The translations under genes were made by a program, and so were the position numbers. A DNA stretch of 32,602 nucleotides. Origin: Longimicrobiaceae bacterium. Its GTDB lineage: Bacteria > Gemmatimonadota > Gemmatimonadetes > Longimicrobiales > Longimicrobiaceae. Below are positions 24,578 through 32,096 of the stretch, piece after piece. The stretch is from NCBI GenBank assembly GCA_036259415.1, contig DATABU010000225.1, forward strand, positions 1 through 32,602, given 5' to 3'. Under the pieces are notes generated by a model. That model did not search any database. It was not told where the DNA came from and was given only the letters and a program-made list of their open reading frames with translations. Each line of letters starts with the position of its first letter. The stretch's first letter is position 1.

Positions 24578-25233
24578 CCGGGGAGCACGCGGCGGACGCA
24601 GGGGTGCCGATGGAGAGCCCGTTCCTGACGGGTCCCACCGTCTACCTCCGCCCGCACGTCGCCGCGGACGTGGAGGGCGACTGGTTCCAGTGGTTCAACG
24701 ACCCCGAGGTGAACCGGTTCCTCCACCACGGGGTCTTCCCGAACACCCGGGAGCGGCAGGCCGCGTTCCTGGAAGAGCTGCACGGGCGCCACGAGGCCCG
24801 CACGCACCTGCAGCTGGCGATCGTGGAGCGCGCGACCGGAGACTTCGTGGGGGTGGTCAGCCTGGGGAGCATCGACTGGGTGCACCGCAACGCCGAGCTG
24901 GCGATGGTGATGAGGAGCGGTTCGCAGAGCCGCGGCATCGGCCGCGAGGTGGCGGCGCTGGTGCTGAACCACGGCTTCATGAAGATGAACCTCCACCGGA
25001 TCTGGGCCTGCCAGCACGTGGGCCTCTCCTGGGCGAGCGACGGCCTGAAGCGCTACTTCGGGTTCCGGGAGGAGGGCACCCTGCGGGAGGCGATGCGCCG
25101 GGACGGGGAGTACCACGACCTCCTCGTGGTGGGGCTGCTCGCGCGCGAGTGGCGGGAGCTGCTGGACGGCGCCGGCGAGACGCTGGCGGACGTCCTCCCC
25201 GCGGCCGCGCGGCCGATCGGGGGACGCCGATGA
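24574..25233 (+). CDS. GNAT family N-acetyltransferase (RimL-like), first of a tandem pair
   Basis: ATG 24574 (ATGA overlap). Alternative ATG 24610 gives MESPFLTGPTVYLRP, which aligns with MKSRFIAGERVHLRE of the 18341 GNAT. WFNDPEVNRFL, VGVVSLGSIDWVHRNAELAMVM, RGIGREVA. Confidence 0.78.
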   Translation: MTGEHAADAGVPMESPFLTGPTVYLRPHVAADVEGDWFQWFNDPEVNRFLHHGVFPNTRERQAAFLEELHGRHEARTHLQLAIVERATGDFVGVVSLGSIDWVHRNAELAMVMRSGSQSRGIGREVAALVLNHGFMKMNLHRIWACQHVGLSWASDGLKRYFGFREEGTLREAMRRDGEYHDLLVVGLLAREWRELLDGAGETLADVLPAAARPIGGRR

Positions 25234-25772
25234 TCGAGACCCCCCGCCTCCGCGTCGTGCCCTTCGGCGAGGAACACCTCACCGGGCGGTACGTGGGGTG
25301 GCTCAACGACCCGGTGGTGGTCCGCTACAGCGACCAGCGCTTCCGGGCGCACACCCTGGAATCGTGCCGGGCGTACATGGAGTCGTTCGCCGGGACCCCG
25401 CACCACTTCTGGGCGATCATGGCCCGGGACCCCGCGCTCGGCCACATCGGCAACCTCAACGCGTACGTGAGCACGCTCCACCGGGTGGCCGACGTGGGGA
25501 TCGTGGTGGGGGAGCGGCAGGCGTGGGGAAAGGGGTACGGGAGCGAGGCGTGGATCGCCGTCTGCGACTACCTGCTGCGTCCCGGGGGGATGCGTAAGGT
25601 CACCGCCGGCACCCTGGAGGTGAACCGTCCCATGCTGGCGATCATGGAGAGAGCCGGAATGGTCCCCGACGGGCGGCAGGTGCGGCAGAACCTCTTCGAG
25701 GGACGGGAGGTGGACGTGGTCCGCGCCGCGCTTTTCGCGGACGACTGGAACCCGGCGGCACACGGGCGCTGA
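25230..25772 (+). CDS. GNAT family N-acetyltransferase (RimL-like), second of a tandem pair
   Basis: ATG 25230 (ATGA overlap). MIETPRLRVVPFGEEHL..WLNDPVVVRY, IGNLNAYVSTLHRVADVGIVVGE..WGKGYGSEA, VNRPMLAIMERAGM. Confidence 0.8.
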   Translation: MIETPRLRVVPFGEEHLTGRYVGWLNDPVVVRYSDQRFRAHTLESCRAYMESFAGTPHHFWAIMARDPALGHIGNLNAYVSTLHRVADVGIVVGERQAWGKGYGSEAWIAVCDYLLRPGGMRKVTAGTLEVNRPMLAIMERAGMVPDGRQVRQNLFEGREVDVVRAALFADDWNPAAHGR

Positions 25773-25812
25773 CCCGCCGCCGGAGCATCTGGCAAACCTG
25801 ACGCGGTACACG

Positions 25813-27264
25813 TTGTCGAAGAGCCCCAGCACAGCAGCACCTCCCGCGAGGAAGCGGAGCCTGGTCGTGGTCTCGGTGCCGTTCACCCGCACGGCCCGGG
25901 TCCTCCTCTCCTCCGAGATCTTCGAGCGCCTCCGCCTGGAGCACGACGTCCTGGTCGTGAGCCCCTCCGCGGAGGACGAGGCGTTCCAGCGGGAGTTCGG
26001 CGGGCCGAACACCCGCTTCTACCGCTTCCGCGGCGAGGGAGTGTACCGCCGGCGGATCCCGGCGGTCCTGTACGGCGTCTCCGAGCTGCTCCGCTTCCAG
26101 GGCTACTACTTCCGCTACCGGCGCGCCGGGCTCGAGTACTACTGGCGGGGGCGGGACGTGGTGCACGGGAGGGGCGGGGAGGACCGCCGGCGCGGTCCCG
26201 GAGCCAGGGCGGCGATGACGCTCCTGGGGTACCTGGGATACGCTCCCGCCGCGTGGAGGCTGGCGGACCGCGTGGCCGCGCCCCTGGTGCACGACGTCGC
26301 GGAGATCGGCCGCATCGCCGACGGGTACGACTCCGTGGCGGTCGTGCAGGTGGCCTCCTTCGGCGAGCAGGAGCGCTTCCTCTCGTACTGCGCGCGGAAG
26401 TTCGGCTTCCGGACGCTGCTGCTCCCGTACACCACCGACCAGCTGACCATCAACGGGCACCTGCTCTCCCGGTTCGACCGGGTCCTGGCGCAGGGCCCGT
26501 GGGAGGCGCGGTGCGCGACCGAGATGCACGGTGTCCCGGCCGAGCGGGTCCACACGCTGGGATCGCTCTGGTTCCGGAACATGGACCGGATCCGGCGCAT
26601 GCTGGAGGAGCGCGGCGAGAGCGCGCCCCGGGAGCCGGGCGCTCCCCGGGTCGTGATGTACGCGGGGCACAGCTCGATGTACTTCCCCCGGGAGAGCGAG
26701 TACGCCGCCGTGGACGCGGTGCTGGCCGCGATGCGCGCCGGCGTGTTCGGGCCCGCGCGGCTGGTCTACCGGCCCATCACCGAGGGTGACGACGAGCTGG
26801 ACGACCTGGTCGCGCGCTATGGCGGCGACCCGCTGGTGGAGATCCAGTTCCCGCAGGCGTCGTGCATCGGCATCACCGGGCACACGCGCGGGGAGGTGGC
26901 CGCCGAGCTGGCCGAGTACGTGAAGCAGCTCCTGGAGGTGGACGTGCTGGTGATGTCCTACCTCACCTCCATGTGCCTGGACGCGTACTACCTGGGCCGC
27001 GGCGTGGTCTCCAACTGCGCCGACGCCACCGGGACGCTGGAGCGCCGCGGCGCGGAAGTCTTCCTGGCCGCCGACGTAAACCGGGTCGTGCGCTCCGGCA
27101 TGCCCATGGCCCGGTCGCTGCCGGAGCTGGTCGAGGCCGTGCGCGACGCGCTCGACCGGCCGGAGCAGGGACGGGAGGCGGGGCGCCGCCTGGTGGCGGA
27201 GTGGGACCATCCCCGCGAGGACTACGTCGGCGAGTTCATGCGCGTGCTGAACGCATGCCTCTGA
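25813..27264 (+). CDS. Large hypothetical protein (about 483 aa), possibly GT-B-like; family not recognised
   Basis: The coding frame has high GC3. TTG 25813 is only the most upstream possible start. The C-terminal half has the same strand order as 23441-24577 (VVMYAGHSS... / LVYRPITEG... / VDVLVMSYLTSMCLDAYYLGRGVV). No classical GT-A DxD or GT4 EX7E motif recognised. Confidence 0.5.
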   Translation: MSKSPSTAAPPARKRSLVVVSVPFTRTARVLLSSEIFERLRLEHDVLVVSPSAEDEAFQREFGGPNTRFYRFRGEGVYRRRIPAVLYGVSELLRFQGYYFRYRRAGLEYYWRGRDVVHGRGGEDRRRGPGARAAMTLLGYLGYAPAAWRLADRVAAPLVHDVAEIGRIADGYDSVAVVQVASFGEQERFLSYCARKFGFRTLLLPYTTDQLTINGHLLSRFDRVLAQGPWEARCATEMHGVPAERVHTLGSLWFRNMDRIRRMLEERGESAPREPGAPRVVMYAGHSSMYFPRESEYAAVDAVLAAMRAGVFGPARLVYRPITEGDDELDDLVARYGGDPLVEIQFPQASCIGITGHTRGEVAAELAEYVKQLLEVDVLVMSYLTSMCLDAYYLGRGVVSNCADATGTLERRGAEVFLAADVNRVVRSGMPMARSLPELVEAVRDALDRPEQGREAGRRLVAEWDHPREDYVGEFMRVLNACL

Positions 27265-27319
27265 CGGGACGCGGTCCGGCGGGCTCGCGGACTTCGACGA
27301 CTCGAGACGGACGTTACGG

Positions 27320-28051
27320 ATGAAGCAGTTCCTCCGGGACTTCGTGGTCCCCCCCGGGATCCTCCATCTCGTCTCCCGCTTCCAAGATGCCCGGGAGGCG
27401 GCGCGCTACTCCGGCTCGGGCGACGACTACGACGCCGCCCGCTACTGGAAGTCGCACTACCGGTCCTCCGGCCCGGAGCGCATCTTCAGTTCCGCCAACC
27501 AGGGGCTGGACGACGAGGAGAACCGCCGGCAGTACGAGAGCGCGCGGCGAATCTTCTGGAGCATGGTCGCCGACTTCGGGCTGGGGCCGGATCCCCGGGT
27601 CCTGGAGATCGGGTTCGGGACCGGCTTCTACACCGGGATCGTCCACCGGATGGGGTTCCGCGACTACCTGGGGGTGGACATCACCGACGCGACCATCGCG
27701 GGGATCCTGGCGCGGCTGGACGGCTTCCGGGGCGAGCTGGTCCGGCGCGACGCCGGGCAGGAGCGGATCGAGCGCCCGGGGTGCGACCTGGCGTACATGG
27801 TCGACGTCTCGCAGCACATCGTGAACGACGACAAGCTGGCCTTCTGCCTCCGGGAGAACGTGGTTCCCAACCTGAAGCCCGGCGGCTACTTCATCGTCAC
27901 GGACGAGCTCTCCGCGCGCTCCAAGCTCTTCTACGAGAAGACGCGCACCCTGGACTTCTACCGCGACTGCATGGCGGGGTGCGAGATCTTCCACCAGCCC
28001 ATCTCGTTCCGGGACAAGTACGTGTTCTCCTTCCGCAGGGTGGGCGCATGA
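27320..28051 (+). CDS. Class I SAM-dependent methyltransferase
   Basis: ATG 27320. Motif I VLEIGFGTGFYTG, acidic post-I residue in GVDIT, motif LKPGGYFIVTDE. Confidence 0.75.
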   Translation: MKQFLRDFVVPPGILHLVSRFQDAREAARYSGSGDDYDAARYWKSHYRSSGPERIFSSANQGLDDEENRRQYESARRIFWSMVADFGLGPDPRVLEIGFGTGFYTGIVHRMGFRDYLGVDITDATIAGILARLDGFRGELVRRDAGQERIERPGCDLAYMVDVSQHIVNDDKLAFCLRENVVPNLKPGGYFIVTDELSARSKLFYEKTRTLDFYRDCMAGCEIFHQPISFRDKYVFSFRRVGA

Positions 28052-28070
28052 GCCGGGGCCGCCGCCGGGG

Positions 28071-29450
28071 ATGAGCCTCGCGAAGAAGTCCTTCGCCCTG
28101 CTCCGGCAGGACGTCTTCCTCTTCGTCGCCAACCTGGCGACGGGCGTGGTCGTGGCGCGGCATCTGGGTCCCACCAGCTACGGCCTCTGGGCGATACTGC
28201 AGCTGATCCCGACCTACGCCGAGGCGTTCGTGCGCCTCAAGGTGGACTCGGCGGGCGTGTACCTGATCGGCACGGGGCGCTACGGGGCGGGGCGGGTGAG
28301 ATCGCTGCTGGACCGGGTGGCGCTGGGCTCCGGCCTGGCCGTGGTCGCGCTCATCGCATGGGGGATGGAGCCGCTGGCGGAGCGGCTCTTCGGAGCAGCC
28401 GCGGCGGACGTGCGCCCCGCGATGCTGGCGGTGGCGCTCCAGGTGCCCTTCCAGTTCCTGCTGCTGAACTACACGAAGCTCCTCCTCCTGCGGGAGGACG
28501 TGCGGGCGTACAACCAGTCCGTGCTCCTCCGGACGCTCTCGTTCGCCCTGCTCAGCGTGACGCTCCTCTTCGGCGCGGGGCTGGGGCTGCTCGGCGTGGT
28601 GGCGGCTGGGACCGCGTCCACCGCGCTGGCCTGCGCCTTCGCCTGGCGGGCGCTCGGGCCCCGCCCGGCGGATGGCGCCGGCTCCGCGCCCGGGCTGGGC
28701 AGGGCGCTGGTGGAGCAGGCGCTCCCGCTGTACGGGGCGGGGATCGTGGGGCACCTGCACGCGTACTCCTCCAGCACCGTGGTGGCGCTCTACCTGTCGC
28801 CGGCCAACGTCGGTTTCCTGGGGATGGCGCAGAACCTCGGCCGCCTGCTGGAGCGGATCACGGAAGCGCTGAACATGCTGCTCTTCCCGCGCATCGCGCG
28901 CATGGAGCGGGGCGCCGGTCCGGCACAGCTCGCGGCGCGCGCCTACCGGGTGATGCTGCTGGCCATGCTCGCCACCGCCGCCGGGATGGCGCTGGCGGTG
29001 CGACCGCTGGTGGAGGTGGTGTACGGCCGCGAGTTCCTCCCCGCGGTCCTCCCGTTCTGGATCCTCCTCCCGGGGGTGGTGGCGTTCGCCGCCTCCACCG
29101 TCTTCACGCAGTACCTGGTGGGGGTAGGCAGGGCCGGTCTCGCGCTGCGGATCTCCATCGCCCCGCTGCTGGTGCAGGTCTCCCTGGCGTTCCTCCTCGT
29201 CCCGAGGTTCGGCCTGGCCGGCGCGGCGTGCGCGCTGTCGGTGGCGTCCATCCTGGTCGCCATGCTGCAGGTGGGCGTTTTCGTCCACGTGGCCCGCCCG
29301 CACGTGCGCGCCGCCGACCTGGTGGTGGGCGGCGAGGACCTGCGCACCCTCCTGCACTTCGTCTCCGGACAGCTCGCCGGGCTCCGCGCCCGGCTGCAGC
29401 CCCGCCGGGCCCCGGCGGGCCCGCCGCTTCCGCCGGACCTGGACTCGTAG
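28071..29450 (+). CDS. wzx: Wzx-type oligosaccharide flippase (MOP/PST family polysaccharide biosynthesis protein)
   Basis: ATG 28071. Polytopic hydrophobic protein (about 12 predicted helices by eye). Typical N-terminus KKSFALLRQDVFLFVANLATGVVVARHLGPTSYGLWA and mid-protein LPLYGAGIVGHL. Confidence 0.8.
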   Translation: MSLAKKSFALLRQDVFLFVANLATGVVVARHLGPTSYGLWAILQLIPTYAEAFVRLKVDSAGVYLIGTGRYGAGRVRSLLDRVALGSGLAVVALIAWGMEPLAERLFGAAAADVRPAMLAVALQVPFQFLLLNYTKLLLLREDVRAYNQSVLLRTLSFALLSVTLLFGAGLGLLGVVAAGTASTALACAFAWRALGPRPADGAGSAPGLGRALVEQALPLYGAGIVGHLHAYSSSTVVALYLSPANVGFLGMAQNLGRLLERITEALNMLLFPRIARMERGAGPAQLAARAYRVMLLAMLATAAGMALAVRPLVEVVYGREFLPAVLPFWILLPGVVAFAASTVFTQYLVGVGRAGLALRISIAPLLVQVSLAFLLVPRFGLAGAACALSVASILVAMLQVGVFVHVARPHVRAADLVVGGEDLRTLLHFVSGQLAGLRARLQPRRAPAGPPLPPDLDS

Positions 29451-29529
29451 CCGCCGCACACCCCACGAGGCAGGACCCCGGCCGCCGCCGGGATCGTCCC
29501 CGCCGCCGCATCCACGCACTGCCCAGAAC

Positions 29530-30549
29530 ATGGCGTCCACCGCCGAGGTCAAGGTCCCGGCCAACGTCCCCTGCTGCGTCTGCGGCGGCACGGAGAGCGG
29601 GCTGGTGTTCGAGAAGGGATACCCGCTGTACGGCTACCCGGGGCCGTTCGCCCTCCGGCGCTGCGCCGGCTGCGGGCTGCTCTTCAACTCGCCCCGCCTC
29701 ACGGAGGAGGGGACCGCACGGCTCTACGGGGCCAACTACTACTTCTTCCGCCGGCGCCCCTCGGAGGAGTTCCGGCGCATCCAGGAGATGTGGGAGCGGA
29801 CCATCGCGCTCGTGGGGGAGATGGTCCCGAGGCGCGAGGTCCTGGAGATCGGGAGCGCGAAGGGGTTCCTCCTCGCCGTGATGCAGGGGGCCGGCTGGAA
29901 GGTACAGGGCGTCGAGCTCTCGCCCTTCGCCGCCGGCTTCGCCCGGGAGCGGCTGCGCGTCCCCACCTTCACCGGGCGGGTGGAGAACTTCGTGGAGGAG
30001 GGGGGAGGCAGTCACCCGCTCGTGCTGGCGATCGACGTCGTGGAGCACGTGCTCGACCCGCCGCTCTTCGTCGGGTCGCTGGCGCGGCTGGTCGAGCCCG
30101 GCGGCCTGCTGCTGATCGACACCCCCAACGGCGCGGCGGCCAACATCGAGCTGCTGGGCGAGGCGTGGAAGGGCTTCAACCCGTTCCACGTCTACCTGTT
30201 CTCGGTGGAGAACCTGTCCCGGCTGCTGGCGGAGCACGGCTTCGTGGTGGAGGCGAGCTTCTCCTACGGCAACGCGCCCGCCTGCCCCGGGGAGGCCGCG
30301 GCTTCCGCCCCCCGTGCCCGGCAGCTGGCGAGGGCGGCGCTGGAGACCGCCGGGGTCATCGAGCCGCTCCGGCGGGGCAGGGACGCCGCCCTGGAGGCGC
30401 TCGATCGCGCGCAGCTGGAGCGGCTGGTGCGGGAGAGCACGGCCGCGGTCCGGCGGTCGCGCGCCTACTCGGCTTCGGAGGACGCCCGCCTCCCCCTCGC
30501 CGAGGGGTGCCGCGGCGACAACATCGTGGTCGTCGCGCGGAAGCTGTAG
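29530..30549 (+). CDS. Class I SAM-dependent methyltransferase with an N-terminal Cys4 zinc-ribbon and a C-terminal extension of about 100 aa
   Basis: ATG 29530. CCVCGG...RRCAGCGLLFNSP (CxxC...CxxC), motif I VLEIGSAKGFLL, GVELSP, LVEPGGLLLIDTPN. The Ala/Arg-rich tail has no recognised domain. Confidence 0.75.
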   Translation: MASTAEVKVPANVPCCVCGGTESGLVFEKGYPLYGYPGPFALRRCAGCGLLFNSPRLTEEGTARLYGANYYFFRRRPSEEFRRIQEMWERTIALVGEMVPRREVLEIGSAKGFLLAVMQGAGWKVQGVELSPFAAGFARERLRVPTFTGRVENFVEEGGGSHPLVLAIDVVEHVLDPPLFVGSLARLVEPGGLLLIDTPNGAAANIELLGEAWKGFNPFHVYLFSVENLSRLLAEHGFVVEASFSYGNAPACPGEAAASAPRARQLARAALETAGVIEPLRRGRDAALEALDRAQLERLVRESTAAVRRSRAYSASEDARLPLAEGCRGDNIVVVARKL

Positions 30550-30636
30550 GCTGGCTGCGGCGGGGCCGCGGGCGGGACGGTGCGAGGCGCTCCGCTCCGC
30601 TCCGCCCGTCTCCCGTTGTGACCGGGTGAGCCCCGG

Positions 30637-31797
30637 ATGCGTCCATGCATGCAGCAGCTCGACATGCACCATTGCGGGTGCCCGCCGCCGTACCCACCGG
30701 GCAACTCGATCCATTACACGCACAGCTGTGATACGATGATGGAGAGGGCACGCCACCGGTGGGCGTCGTCACCGGGTACACCCCCGCTCGTGCACCCCCG
30801 CGGCCGTTCCGCGTCCGGCGACGGCGGACGGTCGCCCGCGCGGACCCTCCGCTGGTGGTCCGTCCGACGCCGCTTCGGGGTGCTCGGGGCGGCGTTCGCG
30901 GCCGTGATCGGCGTCTACTTCGCCGGCTCGCCGGTGGCGGTGGAGGACCCGCGGCCGGTGTTCGCGGCCAAGGTGGTCGCCAAGCGGGCACTGGCGGAGG
31001 CGATCGTCGCCGCGTACGCACTGCGCCGGGACGGGGTCCCCATGCCGACTCCGGACGCCCCGGTCCCCCCGCTCCCCCTGTCGGAGTTGGCCCCGGTACC
31101 GGCGCTCGGCGGGTTCCTGGCCAGCGCTCCCCGGGGCGACCTGGCGCGGGCGCGCGTTCTGGCCGACTGGCTGGCCCGGAGCGCCTCGTTCGGTCCCCCC
31201 CGCGCCGACTACCTCCACCGCCCGACGGCGGAGGTCCTCCAGGCCGCGCTGGACGGCGAGCCCTTCCTGTGCGACGACCTGGCGCGGCTGTACGCGCGGC
31301 TGGCTCCGCGCGTGGGGCTGGACGTCCGCCTGGTGTACCTCTGGGCGGCCTCGGAGGCCAACCACGTGGTCGCGGAGGTGTACTCGCGGGAGCTGGGCAG
31401 GTGGGTCATGGTGGACGTCCTCGAGAACCTGGTGCTGCTCGGCCCCGGCGGCACGCCGCTCAGCGCCCTGGAGGCGCACCTGCTGGTCGTGGGCGGACAG
31501 GCATCCGCGGTTTCCGTCGCGTCCAACGCCGGAGGCGCGGACCCCGCGCGCCGGTTCGAACTCGCCGCCTACCTGCGGAAGTACGAGAGCGTCGCTTACT
31601 TCCTCCGCTCGGACCTGAAGCGGCTCCACGCGCTCCCGCGCCATCACCCGGCCAACCTGCTCTCGCAGAACATGGCGCTCTACCGGGGAAGCCGGGGGTG
31701 GCTTCCGCGGCTGTACTACCGCCAGCGCATCGGCGCGGAGCAGCTCGCCGCGCCGCCGCGCCGGCCCCGGTCCCCCGCGGCGGGACCGCGGTCCTGA
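30637..31797 (+). CDS. Membrane protein with a transglutaminase-like (Cys-His-Asp) core
   Basis: Most upstream start is ATG 30637 (alternatives ATG 30736 and 30739). TM helix FGVLGAAFAAVIGVYFAGSPV. Transglutaminase-like spacing FLCDDLARLYARLAPRVGLDVRLVY...ANHVVAEVYSRELGRWVMVDV (candidate Cys, His, Asp). Confidence 0.6.
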   Translation: MRPCMQQLDMHHCGCPPPYPPGNSIHYTHSCDTMMERARHRWASSPGTPPLVHPRGRSASGDGGRSPARTLRWWSVRRRFGVLGAAFAAVIGVYFAGSPVAVEDPRPVFAAKVVAKRALAEAIVAAYALRRDGVPMPTPDAPVPPLPLSELAPVPALGGFLASAPRGDLARARVLADWLARSASFGPPRADYLHRPTAEVLQAALDGEPFLCDDLARLYARLAPRVGLDVRLVYLWAASEANHVVAEVYSRELGRWVMVDVLENLVLLGPGGTPLSALEAHLLVVGGQASAVSVASNAGGADPARRFELAAYLRKYESVAYFLRSDLKRLHALPRHHPANLLSQNMALYRGSRGWLPRLYYRQRIGAEQLAAPPRRPRSPAAGPRS

Positions 31798-32096
31798 CGC
31801 GGCGCGCGCCGGGGGGAGGGTTGTTCGGCCTCGCGCGGCGGTGCTATCATTCCCGGTTTGGAGTTCCCCGCGCGGGTGCCGCGGCGCGACCCGCGGCGAC
31901 GCCTTCACGACCGAGCAGGACGCCGGCCGAGTACAGGGCAGGAGTGGCAAGCCAGACCTCACATGCACGGACGACGGACGCGGACCCGCCTCCCCGGGAG
32001 CAGAGATGCCCGGCGCTGGAGCTCGGGGCCGCGCCTCCGCGCGCGCCCGGTTCCCGTGGGGCGGCGGCGCGGGGCAGCCGCGCGGCCGTAGATGCG

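Noticed and set aside
22077-24638. 853-aa minus-strand ORF, extremely Arg/Pro/Ala/Gly-rich
   Set aside because: It is antisense to three plus-strand genes that have clear family motifs and correct GC3 bias. Its composition (runs of RRPPPA-type repeats) is typical of antisense translation of GC-rich coding DNA. No start context or domain is recognisable.
29476-29493. Small GC hairpin (CCCGGC-cgcc-GCCGGG) after wzx as an intrinsic terminator
   Set aside because: It has only a 6-bp stem and no downstream T-tract. Such hairpins are expected by chance at this GC content. The same applies to the GGCGGG...CCCGCC pairing in the 3852-3916 gap.
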